In this document: positions 18,639 to 29,891 of the stretch, piece after piece
How positions within the stretch are numbered: the stretch's first letter is position 1
Layout: each line of letters opens with the position of its first letter
Origin: Candidatus Omnitrophota bacterium
GTDB lineage: Bacteria > Omnitrophota > Gorgyraeia > Aquiviventales > Aquiviventaceae
DNA length: 64,000 nucleotides
Direction of reading: 5' to 3'
NCBI GenBank assembly: GCA_023247255.1
Contig: JAHFGV010000002.1
Span: forward strand, 33,835-97,834
Notes under the pieces: model-generated
Database searches by the model: none
What the model was told of the DNA's origin: nothing
The model's input: the letters and a program-made list of their open reading frames with translations, nothing else
Position numbers and translations under genes: made by a program

Positions 18639-18655
18639 TAGGTGCGAGGTGAGAG
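18604..18655. repeat. AGGTG(A/C) tandem repeats at the dapA 3' end / dapB upstream
   Basis: aggtgaaaggtgcgaggtgaaaggtgcgaagtaataggtgcgaggtgagagg. Confidence 0.5.
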
Positions 18656-18727
18656 GATATCGTGCTTCATTACTCCCCTGTCGTTCTTGTGAACGGCATA
18701 ATACTGTGTGCTGAGGGAAAATTTGGC

Positions 18728-19510
18728 ATGTCTCTAAAACTGACGATTGCAGGTTGTTGCGGACGGATGGGCCAGCGCATTGCGCGTTTGGCTCTCCAAG
18801 ACTCTAGATATATTCTTGCCGCCGTTTTTGAATCTCATGCGCATACGGCTATCGGCCGCGTGCTTGCAGAACTTCTGCCTGAGTCAAAGGCTCAAGGGCT
18901 GACGATTCAGGGCGATGCGAAAGCAGCGATGGCTCAAGGCCATGTGACCATCGACTTCACGTCGCCTGAGGCCACTGACGAACACGTCCAGTTGGCTGTG
19001 CAACTCGGCAAGGCAATGGTGATCGGAACGACGGGGCTTTCCCAACAGCAGGTGGCTTCTGTACGTCAAGCGGCTCAAAGGATCCCCATCGTTATGAGTC
19101 CCAACATGAGCCTTGGGGTTAATGTTCTCTTTGATCTGGCTCAGTTGGCCGCTGTGCGGCTGGGAACTTCTTTTGACGTCGCGATCGTAGAAAGCCACCA
19201 TAAACATAAAAAAGACGCCCCCAGCGGAACGGCAAAGCGATTGGCACAAGTAGTGGAGTCTGCTCGAAAAGAGCAAACAAACGCAGTCGCCATTCACTCG
19301 GTAAGGGCTGGTGAGATTATCGGAGATCACACGGTGATTTTCTCAGGTCCTTCGGAATGTTTGGAGCTCACGCATCGGGCGCAAACACGCGAGACCTTTG
19401 CCGAAGGAGCACTGGTCGCCGCTGAATTTGTGCACAGCCAACCCCCGGGTCTGTATGACATGTCTAATGTGATTAAATGGAGGGCGGCTTCAACGGTGAG
19501 TAGGGAATGA
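18728..19510 (+). CDS. dapB: 4-hydroxy-tetrahydrodipicolinate reductase
   Basis: MSLKLTIAGCCGRMGQRI NAD(P)-binding N-terminus and ESHHKHKKDAPSGTA catalytic motif. Confidence 0.85.
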   Translation: MSLKLTIAGCCGRMGQRIARLALQDSRYILAAVFESHAHTAIGRVLAELLPESKAQGLTIQGDAKAAMAQGHVTIDFTSPEATDEHVQLAVQLGKAMVIGTTGLSQQQVASVRQAAQRIPIVMSPNMSLGVNVLFDLAQLAAVRLGTSFDVAIVESHHKHKKDAPSGTAKRLAQVVESARKEQTNAVAIHSVRAGEIIGDHTVIFSGPSECLELTHRAQTRETFAEGALVAAEFVHSQPPGLYDMSNVIKWRAASTVSRE

Positions 19511-20694
19511 TCCCAGACACAGAAGCACGTGTGAACTTTGAAGAGGCCACACGCTTGAAACAATTGCCTCCCTATTTATTCGTGGAGATGGATCGTGTCA
19601 AGCGCATGCATTTGGCAGCAGGCAAAGACGTCATTGATCTAGGTATCGGCGATCCGGATCTTCCCACACCGGCGCCTATCGTGGCGAGGCTCAAAGAAAC
19701 CGTCGAGGATCCCCAGAATCATCGCTATAGCTTGACGGAGGGATTGCCTCAGCTACGCCAAGCGATTGCCCAGTGGTACCATCGTCGGTTTGGCGTCAGC
19801 CTCGATCCCCAGACAGAGGTTCTGCCTTTGTTGGGATCTAAAGAGGGCATCGCTCATTTTCCATTGGCTGTGGCCAATCCGGCAGACGTCGTGCTTGTTC
19901 CGGATCCTTGCTATCCTCCTTATTGCAGCGGCACACTCTTTGCGGGTGCTGAAGTGGTTTCGATGCCATTGCTTGAAGAAAACGCCTTCTTTCCAGATCT
20001 GGGAGCGGTTAGCCAGAAGGCCGTTCGCCGAGCCAAGGTTTTATTCCTGAATTATCCCAACAACCCGACGGCTGCGGTAGCCACGCGTGAGCAATTTCAA
20101 GAAGCCATTGTCTTGGCTAAGGATTATTCCATTGCTATCGCGCATGACGCCGCTTATTCGGAGATTGCTTTTGACGGAAATCGTCCGATCAGCTTTCTTG
20201 AGCTGCCGGATGCGAAATCCGTAGGCGTTGAGTTTCACAGCCTTTCCAAGACTTATCAGATGACCGGCTGGCGGATCGGCTGGGTCTGCGGCAATGCGCG
20301 ACTGATTGCTGCTCTGAGCAAACTCAAGGCCAATGCCGATTCTGGAATTTTTCAACCGATTCAGTGGGCAGGGATTGCAGCCCTTGAAGCAGACGAGGCG
20401 ATTCTCAGACAGACCGTCGCCACCTATCAACAGCGACGGGATTTGTTGGTCGATGCCTTGGGTGAGGCAGGCTGGAAAGTGCCCAAGCCCGCAGCCAGCT
20501 TTTATGTTTGGGCGCGGCTTCCCACGCAAGAATCGTCCATGGCTTTTGCCTCGCGGATCCTCGAACAGGCTCAAGTCGTTCTGACTCCCGGCGTGGGCTT
20601 TGGCCCTTCGGGGGAAGGTTACATCCGTATGTCCTTGACCGTTGCTACCGAGCGCCTTCAAGAAGCCGTCGCTCGTATCGTTAGGATACTCTGA
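19507..20694 (+). CDS. class I/II PLP aminotransferase, LL-diaminopimelate aminotransferase (DapL)-like
   Basis: LGIGDPDLPTP, NYPNNPT and SLSKTYQMTGWRIGW motifs. Sits between dapB and folK. The DapL assignment is an inference from context. Confidence 0.65.
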   Translation: MIPDTEARVNFEEATRLKQLPPYLFVEMDRVKRMHLAAGKDVIDLGIGDPDLPTPAPIVARLKETVEDPQNHRYSLTEGLPQLRQAIAQWYHRRFGVSLDPQTEVLPLLGSKEGIAHFPLAVANPADVVLVPDPCYPPYCSGTLFAGAEVVSMPLLEENAFFPDLGAVSQKAVRRAKVLFLNYPNNPTAAVATREQFQEAIVLAKDYSIAIAHDAAYSEIAFDGNRPISFLELPDAKSVGVEFHSLSKTYQMTGWRIGWVCGNARLIAALSKLKANADSGIFQPIQWAGIAALEADEAILRQTVATYQQRRDLLVDALGEAGWKVPKPAASFYVWARLPTQESSMAFASRILEQAQVVLTPGVGFGPSGEGYIRMSLTVATERLQEAVARIVRIL

Positions 20695-20710
20695 CGAGCA
20701 GGCTGCTGAT

Positions 20711-21223
20711 ATGGCACGCGTTTTCATCGGCGTAGGATCTAACGAGGGGGATCGGCTGTGGAATATCTCCAGGGCCATCCAAGCATTGAGCCAGACGTCT
20801 GGAGTCGGAGTGGCGAACATGGCGACGATCATCGAGACAAAACCGGAAGGTGGGCCGGTGCAGGGTCCTTACCTGAACACAGTAGTGGAAGTCGAAACCA
20901 GCCTGGATCCAGATTCGTTACTTGAGATTCTCCAAAACATTGAGCGTTTGCTGGGACGTGTGCCTTGCGCAATCCGTTGGTCCGCACGTCCGATCGATTT
21001 GGATTTGTTACTCTACGACGATCGCGTCATCCAGCAGCCGAGACTGATTGTTCCTCATCCGCGAATGCACCTGCGCATTTTCGTCCTGGAACCTCTGGCT
21101 CAACTGGCTCCTGATTTTCTCCATCCGGTCTTGCGGCAGCCGATCTCGGCCCTTGCCGAAGCGGTTGCCCGTGTTTCAGACTCTTGCTCATTTGTCCTGC
21201 AATCCTCCGGCGAAAACTCCTAA
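20711..21223 (+). CDS. folK: 2-amino-4-hydroxy-6-hydroxymethyldihydropteridine pyrophosphokinase
   Basis: MARVFIGVGSN ... RPIDLDLLLYDD HPPK motifs. Confidence 0.85.
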   Translation: MARVFIGVGSNEGDRLWNISRAIQALSQTSGVGVANMATIIETKPEGGPVQGPYLNTVVEVETSLDPDSLLEILQNIERLLGRVPCAIRWSARPIDLDLLLYDDRVIQQPRLIVPHPRMHLRIFVLEPLAQLAPDFLHPVLRQPISALAEAVARVSDSCSFVLQSSGENS

Positions 21224-21226
21224 GCT

Positions 21227-22075
21227 ATGCGCCTGATCCGTTCGGTTCAGCAAATGGCCGCCTTTTCACTGAGTCTCAGACGGCATGGAAAATCAATAGG
21301 CGTGGTACCCACCCTGGGGGCGCTCCATGAAGGCCACCTATCGCTGATCCGCAGGGCGGTCGAAGAAAACGAGATTGTGATTGTGACGATTTTCGTCAAC
21401 CCGCTGCAATTTGGACCCGGCGAAGATTTTGCCCGCTATCCTCGGAACCTCAGGCGTGACCTTGGATTGATTGCTGCCACAAAGGCAACGATCGCTTTTG
21501 CTCCGACGGCTCGCAGCTTTTATCCCGATGATTTTCAAACCACCCTTGACGTCGGGAAACTTACCGAGCTTTGGGAAGGCCGCTTTCGGCCGGGTCACTT
21601 CAAGGGTGTCGCTACCGTCGTTGCCATCCTGTTTCACCTGACATGTCCGACGCGCGCTTACTTCGGACAGAAAGACTACCAGCAGGTTCTTGTGATCAAG
21701 CAGATGGTGAAGGATCTTTTGCTTCCGATCTCCATTCGAATGCTTCCGACGGTGCGTGAGCGAGATGGCCTTGCCCTGAGCTCGCGCAATCAATACCTGA
21801 GTCCCACCGAACGTCATCAGGCGGCGGCTCTTTTCCAAGCGCTTTCCGTCGCCCGTCGGCAGATTCGATCCGGGCAACGCAACGTCGCTCGGCTTCTTGC
21901 GACGATGCGAGCGCAGATCCGCACTCAATCCAAGGCCCGCGTCGATTATGTCGCCATCGTGGATGCCCAGACGCTCAGAGCCATTCCCCGCATTCGAGGA
22001 CGCGTGGCTTTGCTGGCTGCCGTTTGGATTGGACGCACACGACTGATTGACAATCTCCTCGTCGAGGTGTCATAA
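21227..22075 (+). CDS. panC: pantoate--beta-alanine ligase
   Basis: PTLGALHEGHLSL HIGH-type motif. Confidence 0.9.
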   Translation: MRLIRSVQQMAAFSLSLRRHGKSIGVVPTLGALHEGHLSLIRRAVEENEIVIVTIFVNPLQFGPGEDFARYPRNLRRDLGLIAATKATIAFAPTARSFYPDDFQTTLDVGKLTELWEGRFRPGHFKGVATVVAILFHLTCPTRAYFGQKDYQQVLVIKQMVKDLLLPISIRMLPTVRERDGLALSSRNQYLSPTERHQAAALFQALSVARRQIRSGQRNVARLLATMRAQIRTQSKARVDYVAIVDAQTLRAIPRIRGRVALLAAVWIGRTRLIDNLLVEVS

Positions 22076-22117
22076 TAGCCCTCGTTCAAAGACGCTCAGC
22101 CAACTGAGCGCGTGGGC

Positions 22118-22286
22118 TAAGGGTTCGTTAAGAAATAACTGCATCAATTTGATCGGGGGCTTTTGACTCATGGCTGCGTTGCTCATCGCTTACATCCTCG
22201 TCGCGGATGCTCGCTCTTCGCGCCTTGCCCTGAGTCAAAATCCCCAACGGCCAAATAGCGCAGTCATTTCTTAACGAACCCTAACC
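22118..22286. repeat. MITE-like element bounded by 25-bp inverted repeats taagggttcgttaagaaataactgc / gcagtcatttcttaacgaaccctaa
   Basis: Inverted repeat plus an internal ttgactca/tgagtcaa sub-palindrome. A left-half copy lies at 58714-58800. Confidence 0.6.
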
Positions 22287-22327
22287 CGTAAACCGGCAGA
22301 CTCGCTAACACGCGAACGCACCTTACC

Positions 22328-22750
22328 ATGCTACGAACGATGTGCCAGTCCAAAATCCACGGGGCGGTTGTCACACAGGCGAAGCTGGAATATGAAGGCA
22401 GCCTCACGATCGACGCCCATCTCATGAAAGCGGCCGGCATCCTTCCTTACGAACAAGTCCACGTGGTGGATATCACCAACGGCGCGCGGCTGGTAACGTA
22501 CTGCCTGGAAGGACCATCCGGCTCCGGGATGGTCTGTATCAATGGGGCTGCGGCACGCTTGGTTGCCGTCGGGGATCGTATCATCGTGATCACCTACGCC
22601 CAAATGAGTCCAGAAGAGATCACCCGTTTTGTCCCGACTGTTCTATTATTAGAGCAGGGAAATCGGATTCGGCAGGTCATCCGCAGTACCGATGAATTTC
22701 TTTCTACGCAGGATCCTCTGTGTGAAATTTCCTCTGGGGCATCAGCGTAA
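22328..22750 (+). CDS. panD: aspartate 1-decarboxylase
   Basis: KIHGAVVTQAKLEYEGSLTID, including the Gly-Ser self-cleavage site. Confidence 0.85.
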   Translation: MLRTMCQSKIHGAVVTQAKLEYEGSLTIDAHLMKAAGILPYEQVHVVDITNGARLVTYCLEGPSGSGMVCINGAAARLVAVGDRIIVITYAQMSPEEITRFVPTVLLLEQGNRIRQVIRSTDEFLSTQDPLCEISSGASA

Positions 22751-23580
22751 TGGTTCGAGTGGGTCTTGTCGGTTGCGGTACCATTGGCCGACGATTGGCT
22801 CAAACCCTCCGACGCTCTTACCCGCACCTCGCCCGCCTGAGTGCCATCCATGATGGGGATATGGCCCAAGCCATCGCCCTGCGACGGTTTCTTAGGTCTT
22901 CGGTGCGTATCGTGTCTCTGAACGAGCTCATTCGCCGTTGTGAGCTTGTGATCGAAGCGGCGTCTGCCGATGCGGCTGTCGATGTGGCAGTGCGAGCCCT
23001 GCGTGCCCATCGGGATGTACTCATCATGAGTGTCGGTGGCCTTCTACGAAATAATGCTTGGCGAAGGATTGCCCGTCGATCCCAAGGAAGTGTGTGGATT
23101 CCCAGTGGAGCCCTCGCCGGTTTGGATGGGGTGAAGGCTTTAGCTGTCGGGACGATCAAAAGGGTTTCGTTGACGACGCGTAAGCCCCCACAGGCACTGG
23201 CCGCCGCCCCTTATATCCTTCAGAACCGCATCGAACTCGATTGTCTGAAGGTTCCGAGGCTCCTGTTTGAAGGCTCGCCGCTTGAGGTTGTGAAAGCCTT
23301 TCCCCAAAACACAAACGTTGCTGCCACCCTCGCCTTGGCAGTAAGTGGCCAGGCTGAACCAAAGGCAAAGAAAGGCTCGCCACCGATTTTGGTTCGGGTG
23401 ATTGCGGATCCCACACTCAGCGCGAATGTGCATGAGCTGGAAGTGGAGGGGGATTGCGGCCGCATTCACTGTCGGGTTGAGAGTCGTCCCAGCGCGAATC
23501 CTAGAACGAGTGAGCTGGCTGTGCGCTCCGCCATAGCAACTTTATCTCGGATATTCGAGCCTATTCGATTGGGGACTTGA
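22750..23580 (+). CDS. L-aspartate dehydrogenase (NadX-like)
   Basis: MVRVGLVGCGTIG N-terminus and the NadX C-terminal domain (GALAGLDGV, KPP, VIADP). Confidence 0.7.
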   Translation: MVRVGLVGCGTIGRRLAQTLRRSYPHLARLSAIHDGDMAQAIALRRFLRSSVRIVSLNELIRRCELVIEAASADAAVDVAVRALRAHRDVLIMSVGGLLRNNAWRRIARRSQGSVWIPSGALAGLDGVKALAVGTIKRVSLTTRKPPQALAAAPYILQNRIELDCLKVPRLLFEGSPLEVVKAFPQNTNVAATLALAVSGQAEPKAKKGSPPILVRVIADPTLSANVHELEVEGDCGRIHCRVESRPSANPRTSELAVRSAIATLSRIFEPIRLGT

Positions 23581-23648
23581 GCCGCTGATAGAGCGTTATC
23601 GTCGGCGTTATGTCAGGGCTCATAGAAATAGAAAGGGGGTGAGTTTCA

Positions 23649-23783
23649 GTGGCAGAGAAGGTGGCAAAGGTTGGCATCAAGAAGGAACGGGGTTACCTTT
23701 ACTTCATTGACAAGCAGGGAGACATCTCGAGAGCGAAAATGGCTCGGGGTGGCCAGCGCCGCAGCCGTAGCAAACGGCGATAA
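23649..23783 (+). CDS. small basic protein (44 aa), GTG start
   Basis: Strong SD aagggggtga 6-9 nt upstream. Peptide VAEKVAKVGIKKERGYLYFIDKQGDISRAKMARGGQRRSRSKRR. Not in the ORF track because it is under 60 aa. Confidence 0.35.
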   Translation: MAEKVAKVGIKKERGYLYFIDKQGDISRAKMARGGQRRSRSKRR

Positions 23784-23980
23784 ACCGCATTGTTGGGAAT
23801 TCTTGACCCCTTGCTTTCGGGACGTTGGCCATCGACAGGGTAAACGCAAATGCTCGATGGCCTGTGTTCTCGGAAGCAGGGGGTCTTGTGTTATAATCGA
23901 ACAACCGACGTATGGAAGACTGTTTCATGAAACCTGACACAATCCTCATTACTTCCCTTGGAATATGACACAGCATTCGA

Positions 23981-26929
23981 ATGGCATCTTCTGATAGCGC
24001 CATCGTGATTCGAGGCGCAAAGGAACACAATCTTAAACAAATCGACTTGAGGATTCCCCGCAACCGCTTGGTTGTGATCACCGGGCTTTCGGGATCAGGG
24101 AAATCCTCTTTGGCCTTCGATACCCTCTACGCCGAGGGTCAGCGCCGGTACGTGGAAAGCCTCTCGGCCTACGCCCGGCAGTTTCTGGAACGCCTGGAAA
24201 AACCGGACGTTGAATCCATCGAGGGTCTATCCCCGGCGATTGCCATCGAGCAACGTACCGCAGGCAGCAATCCCCGCTCGACGGTGGCGACCCAAACGGA
24301 AATCTATGACTACCTCCGGGTGCTGTTTGCCCGGATCGGCCTGCCCCACTGCCCTCGGTGCCGTGTGCCCATCAGCCAGCAATCCGCTCAGGAGATTGTG
24401 TCTCAGGTGCTTACACTGCCTGCCCAGACGCCCCTGACCGTTCTGGCCCCTGTGGTGCGCGGACGCAAAGGCCAGGCGTTGGAAATATTCCGCCAGATCA
24501 AACGACAGGGTTTCGTGCGTGTTCGTGTGGATGGCGTCCTTCACGATTTGGATGAATCCATCGATCTGGACAAGAAACGCGCGCATACGATTGAGGTTGT
24601 GGTGGATCGGCTTACCATCGAGCCGGACATCAAGTCTCGCCTGACGGAATCCATTGAGAGCGCCCTCAAGCTGGGCAAGGGGATCGTCATTATTAATACC
24701 AGCTCCAGAGGCGAGGGCCCAGCGGCAAGGGCGAAAAAATCCTCGGTTTCAGGGGTCAAAGCCCGTGATGAGTTGATCTTCAGTGAGCTCTACGCCTGTC
24801 CCACCTGCGGGTTCAGTTTTGAGGAAATCTCTCCTCGGGTTTTTTCATTCAATTCCCCTTATGGCGCTTGCCCCACCTGCGATGGACTAGGAACGCGCCT
24901 TGAGATCGATCCGGAGCTTGTGGTTCCTGATCGCGATAAAACGCTCAGCGAAGGCGCCATTGAGCCGTGGAAACGTGGCGGGCTGCATATGGTGATGTAC
25001 TACAATCGTCTGCTTCGCGAAGCGGTTCGATACTACGATGTTAGCTTGAATGCGCCCTTTAAGTCGTTGGACCGAAAGATTCAGAGGATTCTTCTGTATG
25101 GTTCTGCGGATGAGGTGTGGGGAAATCCCTTTGAGGGTGTGATTCCCAATCTGGAGCGGCGATTCCGGCACACGGATTCGGACTACGTTAAAGAAGAAAT
25201 CGCTCGATACATGAGTGTGCTGAGCTGTCCCACCTGTGGCGGAACGCGCCTGAAGCCGGAATGCCTCTCTGTTGTTGTCGACGGCCGTTCGATTGCCCAG
25301 GTGACTTCGGATTCTATCGTCGCTGCTTGGCGCTGGATCAGCCAGGTGCCTATTCCTCGACAGTTACAGGCGGTAGCCGAGCCGATCGTCAAAGAAATCG
25401 CCAACCGTTTGCAGTTTCTGATCGACGTGGGCCTGGGATATCTGACGCTGGATCGGCCCTCCGGCAGTCTCTCGGGTGGGGAAGCGCAGCGGATTCGCTT
25501 GGCCACGCAGGTGGGATCCGGATTGGTGGGGGTGCTTTACATTTTAGACGAACCGTCGATCGGGCTTCACCAGCGTGATAACGAGAAACTACTCAACACG
25601 CTCCAGCGGCTGCGCGATCTGGGAAACACCCTGTTGGTCATCGAGCATGATGAGGCTACCATCCGACGCGCGGACTACATCATCGACTTGGGTCCTGGGG
25701 CAGGCAAGCATGGCGGAGAAGTCGTAGCCGCCGGCACCCTTGAAGATATCCTCCGAGAGAGCAAAAGCCTAACGGGACAGTTTTTAAGCGGCAAGCGGCA
25801 CATTCCGATTCCTGCCGTCAGACGGCCCTCGACGCGCCGGATGAGTCTGATCGTCAAGGGAGCGTCCGAGCACAATCTCAAGCGGATCGACGTGAGATTT
25901 CCATTGGGATGTTTGATCTGTGTCAGCGGTGTTTCAGGTTCCGGAAAATCGACGCTGGTGGATGACATTCTTTATCGCGCCTTGGCTCGACGGCTCTACG
26001 GCAGTCGGCAACGTCCCGGAAGGCACGAGCGCATTAGCGGTATCGAGCACATCGACAAGGTGATCGTGATTGATCAGTCCCCGATTGGTCGCACCCCGCG
26101 TTCCAATCCCGCGACCTACACGGATGCCTTCGGCCCGATTCGAGAGCTCTTTAGCCAGACGCCAGCCGCAAAGCTGCGAGGGTTCAAACCCGGCCGGTTC
26201 AGTTTCAACGTCAAAGGAGGCCGTTGCGAGGCCTGTCAGGGGGATGGCATCAAGCGCATTGAGATGCATTTTCTCTCTGATGTTTACGTTCGTTGCGAGC
26301 TCTGCAAGGGCCGGCGATTCAACGAACAAACGTTGGAGATTACCTACAAGGGACGTTCCATCGCCGATGTGCTGGCCATGACGGTGGATGAGGCGCTGGA
26401 GTTGTTTGAGCCGATTCCTGCGATTCGGCAGAAGCTCCAGACGATCCAAGCGGTCGGTTTAGGGTATCTGGAGCTGGGCCAATCAGCAACGACTCTGTCC
26501 GGGGGTGAGGCCCAGCGCATCAAGCTGGCCAAAGAGCTTTCGCGCCGCGCGACAGGACGCACCCTCTATCTGTTGGATGAGCCAACGACCGGTTTGCATG
26601 TCGCCGACATCGAGAAACTGCTCAGGGTTTTGCATCAGTTGGTCGAACACGGCAATACGGTTGTGATTGTCGAGCACAATCTCGATGTGATCAAGACGGC
26701 GGATCATGTCATCGATCTGGGCCCTGAAGGTGGGGATGCGGGAGGAGAGCTGGTGGCTTGCGGGACTCCGGAGCAAATCGCCGCCGAGCCGAAATCGGCG
26801 ACGGGACAATTTTTGAAGCGACTCCTCAACGGCCCACGGGGTAGCCTCGCCCTGTCCAGTCAAATGTCGGACGTCTTCGCGTTTCCCAGAAACAATGCTC
26901 TGGCGCTTCGCAAAAATAATGGGAGTTAA
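23981..26929 (+). CDS. uvrA: excinuclease ABC subunit A
   Basis: Two ABC ATPase modules ([18 protein letters not shown]) and zinc-finger Cys clusters; 982 aa. Confidence 0.95.
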   Translation: MASSDSAIVIRGAKEHNLKQIDLRIPRNRLVVITGLSGSGKSSLAFDTLYAEGQRRYVESLSAYARQFLERLEKPDVESIEGLSPAIAIEQRTAGSNPRSTVATQTEIYDYLRVLFARIGLPHCPRCRVPISQQSAQEIVSQVLTLPAQTPLTVLAPVVRGRKGQALEIFRQIKRQGFVRVRVDGVLHDLDESIDLDKKRAHTIEVVVDRLTIEPDIKSRLTESIESALKLGKGIVIINTSSRGEGPAARAKKSSVSGVKARDELIFSELYACPTCGFSFEEISPRVFSFNSPYGACPTCDGLGTRLEIDPELVVPDRDKTLSEGAIEPWKRGGLHMVMYYNRLLREAVRYYDVSLNAPFKSLDRKIQRILLYGSADEVWGNPFEGVIPNLERRFRHTDSDYVKEEIARYMSVLSCPTCGGTRLKPECLSVVVDGRSIAQVTSDSIVAAWRWISQVPIPRQLQAVAEPIVKEIANRLQFLIDVGLGYLTLDRPSGSLSGGEAQRIRLATQVGSGLVGVLYILDEPSIGLHQRDNEKLLNTLQRLRDLGNTLLVIEHDEATIRRADYIIDLGPGAGKHGGEVVAAGTLEDILRESKSLTGQFLSGKRHIPIPAVRRPSTRRMSLIVKGASEHNLKRIDVRFPLGCLICVSGVSGSGKSTLVDDILYRALARRLYGSRQRPGRHERISGIEHIDKVIVIDQSPIGRTPRSNPATYTDAFGPIRELFSQTPAAKLRGFKPGRFSFNVKGGRCEACQGDGIKRIEMHFLSDVYVRCELCKGRRFNEQTLEITYKGRSIADVLAMTVDEALELFEPIPAIRQKLQTIQAVGLGYLELGQSATTLSGGEAQRIKLAKELSRRATGRTLYLLDEPTTGLHVADIEKLLRVLHQLVEHGNTVVIVEHNLDVIKTADHVIDLGPEGGDAGGELVACGTPEQIAAEPKSATGQFLKRLLNGPRGSLALSSQMSDVFAFPRNNALALRKNNGS

Positions 26930-29192
26930 GAGTGCGTCGATTTCTGCGAGGCGCAATCCCATTGAGGTTCGCCAGTGTCCATTCATTATGCGGACATCAA
27001 TGGAACCTACAGCTAGCCCACAGCAGCGTGGGGTGCTGGGACAAATGATTATTTCATGGGTGGCCTGTGTATGGGTGGCCATGAGTTTTCCGTGTCGGGC
27101 CGCGGAAACGACGCCGCTGATTGCCACATACGATTCTGTTCGTACCGCTTTCTTGCGCGAGTCTTTCGAGGAGGTGACGACTTTGGCCCAGAGCTTTGTC
27201 CATCAATCGCAAGTCCTCCCCGATGAAGTGGCAAGGGTCCGGTGTTGGTGGGCGCTTAGTCTGGACCGGCTTCAACGACCGCATGAAGCTCTAAAAGTGT
27301 TAGATGTTCTTAAGACGGAACTTTCCGCAGACGATCCCTTCTGGGCGGAAGTGCTCTTCTGGGAAGGGGAAATCAGCCGGCGCGCTTTTCAAATGGTTCG
27401 TGCCCGGTTGTCTTACCAACAGTTGCTTGAGCGTGCGCCGCGTTCGATATGGGCGGCGCAGGCTCGAGTTGGGCTTGGGAAGGTCCTCATCCATGAACAG
27501 GCATTGACAGAGGCTCTCGAGCAGTTTCAAACGGTTGCGGCACAGAAAGAGAATCAGACACTCGCTCAAGATGCCGCTCTTTTAGAGGGATTCTGTCTTG
27601 TGCAACTTAAGCGGTTTCAGCAAGCCACTCGGGTTCTTCAGGATTTGCTGGATCGATCCCAGAACCCCGACACAGTGGCTCAGGTCGCTTTCTATTTGGG
27701 GGAGAGCTTAACCGGGTTGGATCGTTTCGAACAAGCGCAGCAAGCCTATCAGCGTTCGATTGACGTAAAACCCGATTCTCCATGGGCGTGGGCGTCTGGG
27801 TTTGGTTTGGGATGGGTTCAGTATCAATCCGGCGACTGTGAAGCCTGCCTGCATACCTTGGAGCGCTATCTCACTCCAACGACGAAGGACCGCAACGCTT
27901 CCTATCAAACCGAAGCGCGCTTCGCTCAAGCCGGTTGCCTCATGCGGCTGGGACGGGAGCCGGAGGCCTTGACTTTGTTTGAGCGGATTCTTTCCGACGA
28001 TTTCAAACATCCCTTGGCCTTGCAGACTGGTTTGACCCTGGTGGACATCTATCGCCGTCACGGGGATATTCTGCGCGCTGTGGGAGTGTTGGAAAGCCTC
28101 TCTGATCGTCCGCTCGATCCGATCCCTCGCGCTCAACTTCAGCTGAAAGCGGGAAGCATCGCCTTGGATCAGGGGCAGTTCCTGCAGGCCAGACGTTTTT
28201 TCAAGCTCGCATCCGAGGTGGGACAGTTGGCGATCCGCCAGGTGTCTTTGGCAGGGTTAGCCGACGTCGAAATGTTCCTGGGCAACGTCGGTCAAGCGCA
28301 GGTTTATTATGAACAGGGGATAACGCTCTCACCCCAGACGCCAGAAGCCGCTTATGCTTCCTATCAACTGGGTCGTTTGAATCTAGAATCCGGCTCCTTT
28401 GACCAGGCGATGGAGATCTTTCAACGACTGACATCCAGCACCGACGCCTCGATAGCACAGGATGCTGCTTTGGCATTGGCCCTGGCGCACGTTCGTCGCG
28501 GTGAGAACCGTCTGGCTCGGGGTTATTTGCAAGCCCTTGCGCAGCAACAAGGCAATCCCACAGCTACCGCCCGGACTTTTTATTACCTTGCGTTGCTCGC
28601 CATCGATGAGGCCGATGAAGAATCGGCAAGCGCCTTCTGCCAGCAGACCATTCAAGGAGCGCCGGATTCCGAAGAAGCCCTCGAAGCCCGGCTTCTGCTT
28701 GCGGAGCTGACGGCTCGTCAGTCTACGGATGCGTCGGTTCAGGAGTTGCAAAGGGTGTATGCGACGGAGAAATTACCGCTTCGTCATCGGGCTCGTGTGG
28801 CTCAGCGATTGGGGGATATTACTCATAAAGACGGCAGATATGCAGAAGCGATCCGTTGGTACGAGATTGCGTATGAGGTTTTTCCGAATATCGAGGGAGA
28901 ACTTGGGTATTCCATCGCCAGTTGTTACGAAGAGGCGGCAGATATCGAGTTAGCCATTCATCGTTATCAAAAGCTGAAACAGGCTCCTTGGCGCGTTCGT
29001 GGCCAACTGGCTGCAGCCAGGCTTCTGGAACGCCAAAACCAGTTGGATCAGGCCAAGGCGATCTATATCGCCCTTGCCCAAGAGCCGATTCCAGAGGCAA
29101 AGGTCCTTCAGGAACGATTGGCTTTTTGGGATCAGCAGACATGGCAGCAGCCCCAACGCATGTCCGTTTCTGGGGATGTCTACAAGGAGTAG
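26895..29192 (+). CDS. secreted TPR-repeat protein
   Basis: Signal peptide [20 protein letters not shown], then tetratricopeptide-like helical repeats. Start uncertain; ATGs at 26895, 26988 and 27045 are all possible. Confidence 0.7.
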   Translation: MLWRFAKIMGVKSASISARRNPIEVRQCPFIMRTSMEPTASPQQRGVLGQMIISWVACVWVAMSFPCRAAETTPLIATYDSVRTAFLRESFEEVTTLAQSFVHQSQVLPDEVARVRCWWALSLDRLQRPHEALKVLDVLKTELSADDPFWAEVLFWEGEISRRAFQMVRARLSYQQLLERAPRSIWAAQARVGLGKVLIHEQALTEALEQFQTVAAQKENQTLAQDAALLEGFCLVQLKRFQQATRVLQDLLDRSQNPDTVAQVAFYLGESLTGLDRFEQAQQAYQRSIDVKPDSPWAWASGFGLGWVQYQSGDCEACLHTLERYLTPTTKDRNASYQTEARFAQAGCLMRLGREPEALTLFERILSDDFKHPLALQTGLTLVDIYRRHGDILRAVGVLESLSDRPLDPIPRAQLQLKAGSIALDQGQFLQARRFFKLASEVGQLAIRQVSLAGLADVEMFLGNVGQAQVYYEQGITLSPQTPEAAYASYQLGRLNLESGSFDQAMEIFQRLTSSTDASIAQDAALALALAHVRRGENRLARGYLQALAQQQGNPTATARTFYYLALLAIDEADEESASAFCQQTIQGAPDSEEALEARLLLAELTARQSTDASVQELQRVYATEKLPLRHRARVAQRLGDITHKDGRYAEAIRWYEIAYEVFPNIEGELGYSIASCYEEAADIELAIHRYQKLKQAPWRVRGQLAAARLLERQNQLDQAKAIYIALAQEPIPEAKVLQERLAFWDQQTWQQPQRMSVSGDVYKE

Positions 29193-29198
29193 AAAAAC

Positions 29199-29882
29199 AT
29201 GATTGCGCGTATGGTGCAGACCATTCTCTTCGTTGTCGTGGCCGCCATTGTAGGCACAGTGCTGTATTGGTATATCGACATTATCCACAGAGGCGGCGTT
29301 GTGATGATTCCCATCGTCATGTGTTCCATCTTTGCCGTGGCGATTGCCATCGAGCGATTTGTGTATTTCTTTGGGACAGGCCCCGACACAGATCAGTTCA
29401 TCGTGCAATTGCGCAGCCACGTACAATCCGGTCACTGGCAGGAAATAGAGGCCCTGTGCCAGAACACAAAAGGATCAGTGGCTCGCGTGACTCATGCGGG
29501 ACTGTCGGTTCGTGAACGCCAAGCCCTTGAGATCGAGCGGGTCATGGAAGAAGCGGCACGGGAAGAACTTCCCCTGGTTGAACGTCACCACCGTTGGCTG
29601 GCTACCCTGGCACAGACTGCCACCCTTCTGGGACTTTTAGGAACCGTGACCGGCATGGTGAATGCTTTCCAGGTCATTCAAAGTAAAGCGACCTTAACCA
29701 ATCCGGTCAACCCTGCGGATCTAGCCGGTGGGATTTGGGAAGCGCTGATTACGACGGTGGCCGGTCTTGAGGTGGCGATTCCTACCATCCTGGTCTACAA
29801 TTATTTTGTCGGCCGCTCGGTTGAGGTTCAATCTCAGATCGAGCGGGTAGCAGGTATTGTGGCTCACTGGCGTCGCTCCTAG
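29199..29882 (+). CDS. MotA/TolQ/ExbB proton-channel protein
   Basis: Three TM helices; conserved LATLAQTATLLGLLGTVTGM region. Confidence 0.8.
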   Translation: MIARMVQTILFVVVAAIVGTVLYWYIDIIHRGGVVMIPIVMCSIFAVAIAIERFVYFFGTGPDTDQFIVQLRSHVQSGHWQEIEALCQNTKGSVARVTHAGLSVRERQALEIERVMEEAAREELPLVERHHRWLATLAQTATLLGLLGTVTGMVNAFQVIQSKATLTNPVNPADLAGGIWEALITTVAGLEVAIPTILVYNYFVGRSVEVQSQIERVAGIVAHWRRS

Positions 29883-29891
29883 TGATTTCGG

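Noticed and set aside
20041-20832. 263-aa minus-strand ORF.
   Set aside because: It is antisense to the aminotransferase and folK genes.
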